Shown: positions 1 through 12,496 of the stretch, piece after piece
Layout: the number at the start of each line of letters is the position of its first letter
How positions within the stretch are numbered: the first letter of the stretch is position 1
NCBI GenBank assembly: GCA_013265495.1
Contig: MU063255.1
Location: 928,502 to 992,501, forward strand
Source: Vicugna vicugna
Lineage: Eukaryota
Reading direction: 5' to 3'
Length of the DNA: 64,000 nucleotides
The notes under the pieces: model-generated
Databases searched by the model: none
The model's input: the letters and a program-made list of their open reading frames with translations, nothing else
What the model was told of the DNA's origin: nothing
Position numbers and translations under genes: made by a program

Positions 1-438
1 CATTTGCAGCAACATGGATGCTCCTAGAGAATGTCATTCTAAGTGAAGTAAGCCAGAAAGAGAAAGAAAAATACCATATGAGATCACTCATACGTGGAAT
101 CTAAAAAACAAAAACAAACAAACAAAAAGAAAGCATAAATACAGGACAGAAATAGACTCACAGACAGAGAATACAGACTTGTGGTTGCCAGGGGGGTAGA
201 GGGTGGGAAGGGATAGACTGGGATTTCAAAATTGTAGAATAGATAAACAAGATTACACTGTATAGCACAGGGAAATATACACAAAATGTTATGATAAATC
301 ACAGAGAAAAAAATGTGACAATGAGTGTGTATATGTCCATGAATGACTGAAAAATTGTGCTGAACACTGGAATTTGACACAACACTGTAAAATGATTATG
401 AATCAATAAAAAATGTAAAAAAAAAAAAAGAAAAAAAA
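1..438 (+). mobile_element. L1 (LINE-1) 3' end: ORF2 C-terminus, 3'UTR and poly(A); relatively young camelid-type subfamily
   Basis: Nt 3-104 translate to FAATWMLLENVILSEVSQKEKEKYHMRSLIRGI*, the typical L1 ORF2p C-terminus. This is followed by an A-rich tract, a G-rich tract (191-212), AATAAA (404-409) and an A-tail ending at about 438. The element runs off the left edge of the window. Confidence 0.93.
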
Positions 439-444
439 TTCTCT

Positions 445-570
445 CATTTCAACCCCAGAACAACTCTGAAAGCTAGCTAGCATTATCCCACTTCACAGAT
501 GAGGAAACTGAGATCCCCAGAATTTGACAGCTAAGTCCAAGATCATATTTCCAGAAAGTGGAAAAACACA
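445..570 (+). mobile_element. MIR SINE fragment (representative of dozens of MIR fragments across the window)
   Basis: Contains the MIR core 'cccacttcacagatgaggaaactgag'. The same core recurs throughout the window. Confidence 0.75.
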
Positions 571-1202
571 ATTATCCTAAACTAGTGTTCTTTCCAATAT
601 GTCACCAATAACTTACCGCTACAGCTATTTAAATTGCTGGTGGTTCTCAATGTGTGTGCTGTGGAACATTTCAGAAGTGTCCAGCTAAACAACGTCCCAA
701 CTTCATTCTTGTTATACACTCCAAACTGTCAGAGAGGGGCTCAAATAAGGGCACTGTACAGGGTACGACTTGCTGGGAATCACTTATCACTGGGATTCAA
801 TCCACTCCCTTATAGGATATATAATTGTTTATAGGATACAGGGTTGTTAGGAAGATAAAATGTGACAATGCATGTGAAGCTCTTTGGGTAATAGAAAGTA
901 TTGCAAGAAAAAGGCTCTGTTCCCTTTCAGAGGAAAGGTTAAAAAAAATATTTCTTTAAGATCATTTGTTATTTGTACACTTGTTCTCTGCTTCCCATTA
1001 CTATGATATAAACTCCCTGACAGTGAAAGTGTGTTCCACTTGTCTTTGACACCACCAGGGCACCCAGAGTGGCACGTGATATTTCAAAGAAACTCAGAAG
1101 TTCACTGAATTAAATTTTAATCCACGGTGTTTAATAAGAGTGATGATGATGTTGAGCACTTAACCACATGCCAGGCATCATGTTAAATGTTTGATATCAA
1201 TT

Positions 1203-1376
1203 TTTAATTTATTTTTTATTGACGTACAGTTGATTTACAATGTTGTTAGTTTCAGGTGAACAGCGTAGTGATTCAGTTATACATCTCTATATACATATTC
1301 TTTTTCACTACAGGCCATTACAAGTTATTGCATATAGTTCCCTGTGCTGTATGGTAGGACCTTGTTGTGTATCTAC
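1203..1376 (-). mobile_element. 5'-truncated L1 3'UTR fragment inserted in a MIR
   Basis: 'ttttttattgacgtacagttgatttacaatgttg...atatagttccctgtgctgtatggtaggacc' is the reverse complement of an L1 3' end. It has a degenerate TSD: atgtttgatatcaatt (1187-1202) vs atgtttggtattcatt (1377-1392). Confidence 0.85.
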
Positions 1377-3334
1377 ATGTTTGGTATTCATTAATCCTTG
1401 CGATTTCTATAACAAGCCTTGGAGGTAGCTACCATAACTTTCCCCATTTTCAAATCAGGTAACAGACAGAGAGGGGTGAAATGGATTCCTAGTCAGTGGC
1501 TGGATTGTGATTCAGCTCTGGAAGTCTGGCATGTGTCCCTGACGCTACACTCTGTTAACAACTCTTATGCAGAATGTGTGAACAGTCCTAACTCATTCAT
1601 AAGCTCCATCACATCCATTCCCTCGTCTGATCCTCAAAACAACCCTGTAACGTAGGCAGGATTATTCCCACTTTAGAGATGAAAACACCAAAGCTCGAGG
1701 CCACACACTTGATTAGAAAGCAGCTGTATTCTTTTATTACAGAAAGAAGCATTATGTTTCGCCTTCACTCAGGAAAAAAAAAAACCAAAAACACATATCT
1801 GAAAAATTCCAGGAATTCTCAGAGCAATTACAGAGCCTCTTGCTACAAACACAACAGAATCTTCTTCAAAGTGCCACGCATGCTTGGAAGAACACACACA
1901 TAAAAGCGTAATTTGAACACTTGTCGGTTTTACCCCCTTGTTGCAAGAGAAGAAGAATGTTTATGCACCAAAAAAAAAAAAAATCTAGCCGCATTTCCCA
2001 GTTTAATTAGTTTTGTCAAGTGCCTGCAATGTGATTTCCATGTTAATTTCCCCATATCCCATTTCAGTTTCTTTATATTCCACTTCAATTATTTGCTTAA
2101 AAATTGAGAGAGGCACAATGACTGTGTTCAAATTCCACTCGACTCAACTAACATTTACTGATGTTCCAGCCTGCCCTAGCCCTGCAGCGCCCTTGGCAAC
2201 ACAGCCCCTGCGCTGCCCGGCCCCTCCTGTGTGCCCAGCGCAGACTCCCTCACTGATTGGTGCTCCTTCCCCCACCACACACCCAGCCTGGGAAGGGGAC
2301 TCCTCAACATCTTTCTCAGCAGGGCTTTTCAGGCAACCATGACCAGCTGACTGAAGCCGACAGGGGAAAATAAAAACTACTTGCCACCCTAATGTTTGAC
2401 TTTTTTTTTTTTTTGCAAATTTCCTTCTCTAATTCTCACCGAAGTAAAGAATCTCATCTCCATTTCTACACAAGAGGTAACTCACTCACCTACGCAAATG
2501 CTAGGGATGGAGAAGAAGCTGGCAGGGAGAGAAAGTCCTGGTCCCCAAGAAAGGCAGGGAGAACAGAACAGAAGAAGAAAGAAGGGGACATAGGACAGGG
2601 AAGCACTGGTCACCAGAGAACAACTCAGCCTCTTTTTGGCCTTTGCCTGTGCTCAGTTCAGCCCTCACAAACCTACTGTGAATTTGATGCATTTTAATGA
2701 ACAGAACTGCAGGTTCCTTTTGTGTATCTGGCAAGGGAGCCAGAGTCAAACAAGAGGGAGTGGGGACACGGCTGCCCACCGGTAGCCAGGCCTCAGCTCT
2801 GCTGGCCTGACCAAGGCCAAATGGAGCCCAGGGGCCTGAGAGAGAGAGAGACACGTGTCCTGGCCATTCTGGTCCAGCCCCGTCCCTTTGACTGTAGAAC
2901 AACTGTCTTTTCTCTTCAGAGCCCCCTGGCATCACATCTGGATGCTGGCCCCGCTGTGGATCACATCGCCCTGAACGTCTCTCCATCACCCTCTTTCCCC
3001 CTCCTCACCTCCACACTCTTGGCTCGTTTTCCTATTTCTTGTTTCCATCATGTCCCCCGGACCTGCTCCTTAATTTTGTTTCTTGGCTCTGAAGTCTGGC
3101 TTTACTCCTCGGTCACACTTTATACCTCTGACTATGCTGTCTTTGGCCTTAACTGGACTAACATTGCATCTAGTCCAGCCCAGCTGCCAAGACTACTCCT
3201 GACCAGTCTGCCCTGACAAGGATCTAGCCTCCATGGCTCCTATTTTTCCTCCATGGAGATTGTGTTGCTTGTGACTTCTGTGTTCCCACCACATATTCCT
3301 CCCCAAAATGATTTGTCTCAGGCAGTACTCGCTG

Positions 3335-3468
3335 CGTCCTTGATGCACCTTAAAAATCACCCAGGATGCTTTTTAAAAAATGCAATCTCTGGGCTTGCTG
3401 CAGAGTCTCTTTTTAAAAGTCTCAGGGGTCATTTAATGTATGGCTGGCATTGAGAATCACTGGTCTAA
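3335..3468. mobile_element. MER5-type hAT-Charlie DNA transposon remnant
   Basis: 'aatcacccaggatgctttttaaaaaatgca...gagaatcactggtctaag' resembles the MER5A/B consensus. Confidence 0.55.
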
Positions 3469-3499
3469 GCCAGAGTGTTAATCCCATTTCCCTTGCAAG

Positions 3500-4136
3500 A
3501 GAAGGGGCCGGAGACTAAACCCTGGAGCAGGAGACAGGAGGAGAAGAGGAGGGCGGAGTGCAGACTTCTACAAGAAGGATACAAGAAAGAGACGTGGTCC
3601 TTCCTCAGCATCAGGATGTGTCATTTCCGGATGGAAAGCAGGGACCTGCTGCTGCCCTCTTGCAACGATGAAGAGAGACAGCTTGGCAGAGCTGACACAC
3701 TGAGGATGGAGAGTGAGATGAAAACTGGACGCTGAGATGGACACTGAGTCCAGAGAGATGGAAAGACCCTGGGTCCCCATCACATCCTTGAACCAAGGAA
3801 CCTCCCTGACCTTAAGCCTTATTATTTAACGTGATAACATACTTCTTTATTGTTTAAGTCAGGAGTCCGCACATTTTTTTTCCTGTAAAGGGCCAAAGAG
3901 TAAATATATTTGGTTGTTTCATAGTCTCTGAAACAGCTACTTTGCCCTTGTAACATGAAAGCAGCCACAACAACATATAAAGGAGTGGCCGTGGCTGTGT
4001 TCCAGGAAATCATGTGTTCTACAAACAGGTAGTGGACTGGACATAGTCTGTGGGCTATAGTTTGTCTATCCCTAATTGAAGTCATCCTGAGTTAGTATGT
4101 TTTGTTCTTTGCAGCTCAAGATGTCTTAAGTGATAC
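3500..4136 (+). mobile_element. MLT1J/K-like MaLR LTR interrupted by MER58A
   Basis: MLT1-like body ('ctgctgccctcttgcaacgatgaagagag...') and 3' end ('ttttgttctttgcagctcaagatgtcttaagtgataca') lie on either side of the MER58A insert. Confidence 0.6.
3860..4074 (-). mobile_element. MER58A (hAT-Charlie MITE)
   Basis: 'ctgtaaagggccaaagagtaaatat...gtggctgtgttccagg...ctatagtttgtctatcccta' matches MER58A in reverse, with cagg/ccta termini. Confidence 0.75.
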
Positions 4137-4149
4137 AGGACGATTTCCC

Positions 4150-4440
4150 AAAGGTAAGGCTGCATTACTGACCGCCTCCACCCAGCTGAACCCCATATGC
4201 ACACTTTTATGCATCTGTCAGTCAAATCCTCCTTGATGCCCTGCAGACACAGACTCAAAACTGAGCTCAGCTGCCCCACGTCCATCTCTGGGTCTGCTTT
4301 TCCTCTTGATTTCCCCACTTAGCAAGTGGCAGCATCACTTTAAGCTGCTCAGACCGAAACCCCCCAAGTCATCTTATCGCCTCTGTCGTCATCAGTCAAC
4401 CAGCTGCCGTGTTCCACTAATCCTACCCTCTACCCATCCA
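4150..4440 (+). mobile_element. L2 LINE fragment (representative; many L2 fragments in the window)
   Basis: 'ctcaaaactgagctc...cctcttgatttccccacttagcaagtggcagcatcac...ctcagaccgaaacccccaagtcatc' is L2 3'-region-like. Confidence 0.6.
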
Positions 4441-6662
4441 AGACTATTTATACTATGTGCCAGGTGCAATGCTGGGAAGCGAGAACATAACAGGACACAA
4501 AGCAGATGTGGTCTCTGCCCTCACAGAGCTTAAGATAGGATTCTTGACATACAGTAATAATAGCTGGTACCTGCCGTTACTTGGAACCTCCTACATGCCA
4601 GGCTCTGCACTGGGCATTTTGTAGCAAGAGTTCTGATCATCAAGGCATACCTGTGCGCACACAGTGTTTTCTTTTATTCATAAAGAGATCGAGGCTAAGA
4701 AAGATAGAATCACTTGCCGTGGTCACAGTGGCACAATGTGGCAGCACCAGAATAGGAGGGACATTCGTCCCCACACTAAAGCCCAGGACCACCTCACTAG
4801 CCCTGTTCCCCGCTTGTCCATCCTTGGACTGGGTGGCTTTCTGGACCACGATGTCACTTTGGGAATTCTTGATCAGTGAGTACCTAGGATGACACCTGGA
4901 TCTCACTTTGGCAAAAAGCCCATGACAAACACCTCATCAGCACAAGAGCCGCGCAATTACGCACAGGCTGTTAAATCACCCGCGCTGGAAGTCAGCCGCT
5001 GTCTGTTCTCTGCCAAATAGGACTGCCACCTGTGCCTAGGCGGAGATCTCTCCCAGAAAACAACGAAGATCCAAGTGCCGGGGTGGGGTTGTGGGGCTGG
5101 ACGTTCTCAGCAAGATGCTCTTTCCAAAGGCATGCTCTGGCTGTTCTTGCCCTGCCATCTTCCTCGTCACGCAGCCAATTTGATGGTGGGAGGCTGACTG
5201 AAGAAATGCAGCCCTGGAGCTGGGCAGACCTGGATTTAAGTCCTGCTGAGGCCTCTCAGGCAAGGCACCAAATCTCCCCTTGCTCCTGCCTCACCTCTAA
5301 ACTGGAATCATGCTACCTGCCTGCCTGTGTGACACAGGGCGTAGAAGGCAACGAGGTTTGTGAAGAACAGAGAACATGGGGTGGACCTGAGCTGGGCTCA
5401 GTGAGTGGCACCGTCTTCCCTGCTGTGGTCGCCGGGGTAACAGGCTCCGACTGCAGGCTCCCAGGTGGGGGCCACGTGGAGGTTACGCACATGGAGGACC
5501 AAGTAGCAGCTCAGGAGTTTAGCCCAATGAGGACAGAGCCCCAGCCCTCCTCCGGGCGGCTGCCTTCTCTGTTTCAGATACTCTGCTAACTACTTCACAG
5601 GCATATTACCTTGAATTATCATTGCCCTACAGGGTAATGATCCCCGCCTTACAGGTCAAGAAAGTGAAGCTCAGAGGGATAAATAACACCCTACAAATAG
5701 CCAGTCGTGGAGTTAGGACTTGAGCCCAGGTTTTCAGGCCCCGGAGTTTAAGCATTTAACTATACCATCACTCTGGTTTCCATCTTCAAACCCTGCCCTG
5801 CTTATTATCAGTAGTTATGCCAGCATGAGTAGTCCTTGACTTATGCCATCTGTCCCCCTAACCTGTTTAATTCACCCCAAGTTTGGGGCTCTCCCTCACT
5901 CTTGTCAGCAGCACCCCCTCCCCAGCCAAGTCTGTCTGTTCACCTGTTTAGCTAAAACTTAGAAGACTCCTATTTATGGGACAGCTAATAGTCAGGCCCT
6001 GTGCTCGGCACTTTGAGATAACTTATCTTATTTACTTTCCATAGTATTGCCTGGCTAGGTGTCAATAAGCCCTTTTCAGATGGCTCAGAAATGACAGCTA
6101 CTAAGCGCAAAGTGGAACTCAAAGGGAAGACTGATGATCAGCTGCCTCCATTCCAAGTGCTCTCATCCCCCAACTCAGCGCTCATATTCTCTCCCTCTCT
6201 GTCTCTCCCTTTCTCTCCTTTCCTCCTCCCCTCCCCTACTTCCCCCTCCCTCCTTCTCTCTCTCTTTCTGGCTCCCCTGCAGTAGTAAGGGCTCCTCTCT
6301 AGCTGCCAGCATCTCTGGCTCTAGCCTGTCCTAATGTCCACAGATCTTAGAGCGCCGAGTTCCCAAACCTTGGCTGCCTAGCAACAAGCCCGACCTCCCT
6401 AGCCCCTCCCACGGCCCTCAGGCCCCCAGCTCTCGCCCCAGGCTGTTTGCAGTAGACTTCCGGTCACTTCTCTTACCCTTCAAGGATGCCCATTTTAACC
6501 AATGCATTTAGTGTAAGATCACGGGCCACTGGAGTCAGGGACTCAGAAGAGGCATTTGCCCAAGGCTGAGACCTCAGAGACACAACTCGCAAGAAAAGGC
6601 TTGGGGGCCAGCTGACCTGGTATTTCCAAGACCAGGAATTTAATTCACAAATGCTCACTGGG

Positions 6663-6783
6663 TGGGGAGGGTATTATGGCTCAGTGGTACAGCACCTGCT
6701 TAGCATGCATGAAGTCCTAGGTTCAACCCCCAGCACTTCCATTAAAAAATAATAATAATAAATAATAATCATTTTTTAAAAAG
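6663..6783 (+). mobile_element. Camelid tRNA-derived SINE (Vic-1-like)
   Basis: tRNA-Ala-like head with A box (tggctcagtgg) and B box (ggttcaacccc), an (AAT)n tail, and TSD gctcactggg at 6653-6662 and 6784-6793. Confidence 0.88.
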
Positions 6784-7179
6784 GCTCACTGGGAGTTCAA
6801 ACTCCAGTCATCATGTACATCTGTAGCTCCCCCAAGGAGCACTCCTCTATGGGTTTTGTGATATGGTGCCCTCTGCCTGCCTGGGCCCGTCCCACCCTCC
6901 CCACAATCCAGCTCTTCTTTTGGTCTGGCAAACTCTCACTCTTGGTCCTTCATTCCATAAGAAACTCTGACCGGCTCCATGCCCTATCTCAGGTGTTTCT
7001 GCCCTTATCCATTAACTAACTTCCATCAGCTACTCATCAAACAGTACTGGAATCTTCCAAGTGCATGGCCGTCGCCTCTATAAGCCTATACATCTGGCAA
7101 GGGCCAGTACTGTGGATTCCACAGATCCTAGAGCAACACATGGAACCCAATGAGTGTTTTTAGATAGAAAGGTAACAGA

Positions 7180-7325
7180 GAAGAAGTATTAAGAGAGAGA
7201 AGAAATAGAAAAGGGGAACAGAGAGGGAAGGAGGGGGAAAAAAAAGAAAGAGGAAAGAAGTTAGAGAAGAAGGGCAAGAATGACGAAGGGGAGGAGGATG
7301 AGAAAAATAAAGCAGAGGGAAGAAC
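7180..7325 (+). repeat. Polypurine (GA-rich) low-complexity tract
   Basis: About 145 nt consisting almost only of A and G on the + strand. Confidence 0.7.
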
Positions 7326-10300
7326 TGCACGCAGTCTCCTGGCCTAGGTCTTAGGAAGGGACAGAGAGATGAATAAAACCGAGTCCTTATTCTAAGAGAG
7401 TTCACGGTCTGCTCAGAGAGACAAAGTCAGGGAGTGATGGAGAGAGTCTGGACAGCAGGTAAAGCAGTGCTGTGAGCTGGAAAAACCATCACAAATTCCA
7501 GTTTGGGACACTATGCCTATGTACAGTAGGAGCCAGTTGATGGTAGCATCAGCTGCATCTTCTTTTGGACTTGGTGTCAGTGATGGGGTGAGAGCTAGGC
7601 TAAATGTGGCTTAAGTAGGTTAAACTCTTCTTTCCGACAGTGTTATCCAGAAAGCCTGAAATTTCTCGTATACACTGCCTAGCATACTGCCCGGCACACA
7701 ATAGATGCTGAATATTTATGGAAAAAGATGAAGGCATAAAATGATTAAGTAACCTGGGACCTTATTTCGAGCCTCCCACAGGCACATTACATGATTGTTG
7801 AATGACTAAATGAACGAGTACAGTGTGATTCCTGATGCCTACTCCAGTGCCTGGTACATAGTAGGTAAACACGCATTGAATGAACACATTTCAACAGGGT
7901 CTTCGTCATCACCTCAAAGTGTCATTCTAATCCCCCATCCCCTGCCTGGGTCTGAAAGCAAATGGAGGCACCTTTTAAACATTTCTCAACAAGCTAGCTT
8001 TCGCTGTGTTGCACAGAGACTAGCAAGGTCGCAGGATGCTGTGGTTAAATGACCTGAGTTTGAAGCTTCACCATATAGTTGTTTGTTTCTCCAAGAGATG
8101 GAAACATGTTCCAAAATATCTGAGTCAATGTATCTTTGCAAACATGTTAGTACTCCTTTCACTTGACCTTCAATCCCTATTTAAATTCTTTTTAATCACT
8201 GCTCTGGAATCCAAATGTGTTAATTGGTTTCATCATCACTTCCAATTTCCAAACCCCTACTCACATGTCTCCCTCCTCCAGACCCTTTCTAACTTCCCCC
8301 AAGAAACCTAAACAGTCCTGAGCTGTCAAATTCCTATGGGCAAGCGTCAGGTTAAGAGATGATGCACAAAGGTGGAAAATTCCAGTTGTGTAATGACTGC
8401 CTTGGAGACTGGGGGGGAAGGTGTCATCTGAAAATATGCTTATTCTAGGGCGAGGCAACGTGATACAAGGGAAAGGCCATGGGATTTTGAATGTAAAATA
8501 CTTCTATTTAAATCTCAGTTTCCCCATGTCCTGGTTGCGTGACCTTGAATGAGTCATGATCTGTCTGGGCCTCAGTTTCTTTGTCTATACAATGAATGGT
8601 CTGGCTGTAATCACCTCTGAGATGACTCCCAGCTCTACCATTCTGTGATGTTAAAATGGCTCAGGACACATTCTGATGACCAAAAATGCAGGGTGATTCA
8701 TACTACTAGAGTGCAATTCATATTTTATTTATTTTTAAATTATGGAAACGTTCCTCTGGCCAGCTATAGAGGCCCCGTTCACTGCTGGAATAAATGCCCA
8801 TGACTTCAAAGCTATAACATTAGGTATTAAATTTAGAAAATAGAAAGGGAATAAAAGTGTGCTTCCCTGTTTATAGCCTTATTAACAACTTTTACGTCAT
8901 CAGTAATGGGGTCCATTTTTCAACCCCTGAGGGCAAGAAAATATTTAGCACAGGAAGAAGAAAACAAGTAAAATTTATTGCCTACCTACTATTAATTACT
9001 ATTTATTCGGTACCTACCATAAGCTAGATGTGAGGTCAGGGAGATTTCTTCTGTTTTCTCATTTCGTATCTACAGTTGCACCATGAGACAGGCATTGCTT
9101 TCCCCATTTGACAGATGCGACATCTGAGACCCAATAGGATGTGACTTTCCCAATATAACATAACCAGTAAGGTAAATTTGAGCCCAGGTCTGCCTGATTG
9201 ACCAGTATTTTTCCATTGTATCACTTCTGAAATATTCCAATTAAGTAGAGAGCTCCCCATTGGTGGGACTAACCCAGCACCAGTTAGAGATGCTGTAAGA
9301 GAGCTCACTGCACTGGAGTCGATCCTGAGCGGTTAAATTGAACGACCTCTCAAGTCCTTTCTAATCTGAGAGCCGATGATTCTATGACCTTAAGTCACTG
9401 CAAGCAGAGTTATAAGAAGCACATATCACTAAGCCCCCTTTTGCCAGAAAAGCTGCAATGTGTGGTGTCTTCCTTTTTAATATTTACTACAACCAGCTTT
9501 CTTCCAAGAAGAATAACATCTTTCTCAGATTCGGCAAAGTCCCACAACCTATCCCCCCGCAAATGTTCTCATTGTTCCATTCTTCTGATGATCCACTAAA
9601 ACCATAGAATGATTATCCTGCATTAAGTCTCGTCTGTATAATCCCAGGAGGTGGAAGGAGGAATGTGAAATTTAATTCAATAGCGTAGGAATATCCACCT
9701 GTAATCAATCCCAGGCAGCATGGATCTGGGCTACCCTGCTTGATAATGAGCTCCCTCTTTCTCACTGGAAGTGTTCAAGAAAGAGCTTAAATACCACTTC
9801 TACATGAAGTCTGGCCACTAATCACCTAAAATAACTCTTTCTTCTGCTTTTTATAGCCATTATCTCTAGAATTCTTGTAAAGAGCTCTGAATATATTTGA
9901 GCTTCCTCACTAGACAATAAACTGCGGACAGAGATTATGTCTCCGTGTAAAGAACTTTGGGTAACAGTGTGCTTCATGAAATAAACTCATCAGCCTCATC
10001 TTCATCATTATTAGTATTTAATCAAGAGAAATTCCAGCTATTTCTCTAGCAAACGGATAACTTCAGCTTAAGATTTCCATGAATGATTCCTCCAAGAGAA
10101 AGTGTATAGCAGGCCCTGTAGACAAAGACTTCCTCTCCCATTAAGAAATTGGGTAAAACTACTGAGTGCAAGGGGTCTCCTGAGAAGAGAAGACCAAGAT
10201 CCTGCTAATTCCCAAGTGATCCAAAGCGAGTGGTGCAGAAGTGCAGTTACCATAGGGGAAAGATCATTTGAGCTTCTGACCCAGGCTCAAATCCATAGCA

Positions 10301-10409
10301 TGGAGGCTTATGGGAAAAACTGGTTGGAACGTAGTACATGCTGGAGACTGAGTCCCTCCAGGCTTAATCATCGTAGTGTGGTTGTCATACATTGGGCACA
10401 AGAGCTGAG

Positions 10410-10600
10410 CATGTATGTATAACCTACATGACCATTTACTATGTGTTAGTCACTGCTTTAAATGTGTTTCATACATTGATGCTCTGCCCTGTGAGGTAGT
10501 TACTTATTATACCATCTTACAGATGAGGAAACTGAAGAGACAGAGTTAAGTAATTTGCCCAGGTTCCCGTGGCAAATAAGTGGTAGAGCCAGGATAGAGC
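10410..10600 (+). mobile_element. MIR SINE
   Basis: 'ccctgtgaggtagttacttattataccatcttacagatgaggaaactgaagagacagagttaagtaatttgcccaggttc' is the MIR core. Confidence 0.8.
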
Positions 10601-11749
10601 TCCGGATATTCCAGATGAAACTATCGGGACGGAGACTTCTAAAGGAAAATAAGAATAAAATTCCTACCAATAAGAATAGATGGGGCCCCAGGAATTAAGT
10701 GGAATAAACAAGAGGGATGTGAGTATATGATGCCCATCACTGGAAAATAGGAAAAGCATGGAGCGTGGCTAAAAGGCCAAAACAGAAGAGGGCAACTTGT
10801 GCTGTCAGAGCAGAACTGGCCAAAGAGAATGGAAGTTTGGAGGAGTGGGCACAGTGGGAAGATGGGAAAATCAGGTGAAATGAAAGCAGGGAGCTGTGGA
10901 TCTGAGGGAGCAACAGGGGGTGATCTGGATCAGTTCTAAGCAATATGAAACATCCAGTCAAACTGAGCTGCTGTGAACTCCAGAGCTGAGGCTGCCATTA
11001 TGTTCAGAAGCAGTGAAGGGGCTGGGGACACAGGGAATCAAACAGTTGGTTTGGATAATCTTCCTTCTCCTCTTAACAAGCAAAGCTACTCCTGTCAGGG
11101 AAAGATGGCTTCCTGGAGGTTGACAGAAAGGCTCATTTTGCGAGAGAATCCAGGCTATCAGTTGACCTCTCTGAGGAACCTAGAGAGAGTCCATGGCAAA
11201 ACCCTTAAAAAAAACCCTGCCTCACAAGCCAGCTCTCTAACCTCAAAGCACCCGGCTGCCTCGAGGATCTGCTTGCTCTTGACTTGTCCCTAAAGTGTCA
11301 CTCAAGGGCTCTCCAAGACTTAAAATGCCAAACTATTGCCCTATGCAGACCTCCCAATTTAAAGTGCTGGTAAAATTACAACTGATATTATTAAAAAACG
11401 TTTCTCTTTGATTCTCAGCTTGCCGGACAGAAATGCAAAGGGGATGCCTTGGAGATGCTAGAGAGATGCAGCTGAGGCCCTTGGGAAGCCAAGCTCAAAT
11501 CTCTCCAAGTGAGATTCAAGTTTAACGAAGGTGGACCTGGGTTTGAGTCCCAGATCTGCCTCTAGGGACTCCAGGCAAGTCCCTTTCCCACTGCGAGCTT
11601 CAACAAGAAGATGCAACTAAAGTCCCTGCAGGTTGTCTGTTATAGTTATTACTATTGATACCAGTGCGCAAACAGGCATGATTCATGATACATTTGAAAT
11701 ACACTCACGTTTTAATATCCTGCTGTCCCCTTAAAATAAAATCAGTTAT

Positions 11750-11995
11750 GTTAAGAGCAAAATCCTTATCCTCTATATTCTGAAGTAGTTGCAGGTATAA
11801 TAATATAATGTCTGGGATTTGCTCTGAAATATTTGAATCACTCCCCCCACTCTCCAAACAGGGATAATGGATAAAATAGAACTGGCAAAATGTTGAGACT
11901 GTTGAATCTGTGTAATGGGTAAATGGGAGTTTATTATATAATTCTCTCCATCTCAATTCATGCTTTAAATTTTCATAAGAAAGAGTTAAGAAAGA
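11750..11995 (+). mobile_element. Ancient L1M (L1MC4/L1ME-like) 3' end
   Basis: 'atgtctgggatttgctctgaaata...aatgggagtttattatataattctctc...ttttcataagaaagagtt' is typical of old L1M 3'UTRs. Confidence 0.65.
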
Positions 11996-12496
11996 ATTAA
12001 TAGAACAGAAAACAACTATATTCGATGAGGGCAGCCTTTCCCTGAATCTGGATTAAAACTCCGTGACTTCCCTGCTGACTCTTAGGTAACAGACAGTTCC
12101 ACCGGACCTTTAAGTCACAAATGCAGATTCCATCCAGAAATGAGAAGGTCTGGTCCAAGGTATAAACCAAACCTGGACCACGATTTAGTGCCAATCTTAA
12201 CGTCTCTCCATTCTGGCCATTTGAGGATGGAGACTCACAGAGGGAAAGGCAGAGGGCATGACTGGCCGAAGTGCCCTTCGATTTCTCTGATCTGCCTCTG
12301 CTTGTGAGTGAATATGGTTTCTCTCGCCCTCCCCCTCCTCCCCAGGGGTGGCAGGTGAGAAGGGAGGAGGGACAGGAGGCAGGAAAGCTCTCACTTGGAC
12401 TTGCCAGAGTAAGGCAAACTGGCCTTAGGGGTTCTGGGGCTTACAGACATTGATGGCTGCCTCTCAGTCTAATGAGAAATTCTGGGGACTTTAGAG

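Noticed and set aside
2501-3216. Overlapping 162-aa and 164-aa ORFs
   Set aside because: They overlap L2 and purine/pyrimidine tracts, and I recognise no protein family.
5032-5589. 185-aa ORF
   Set aside because: Non-ATG start, overlaps a MIR, and has no recognisable domain or splice structure.
6663-6740. tRNA-Ala-like sequence (also at 48350-48430, minus strand)
   Set aside because: It has a degenerate cloverleaf, an A-rich tail and a flanking TSD, so it is a tRNA-derived SINE rather than a tRNA gene.
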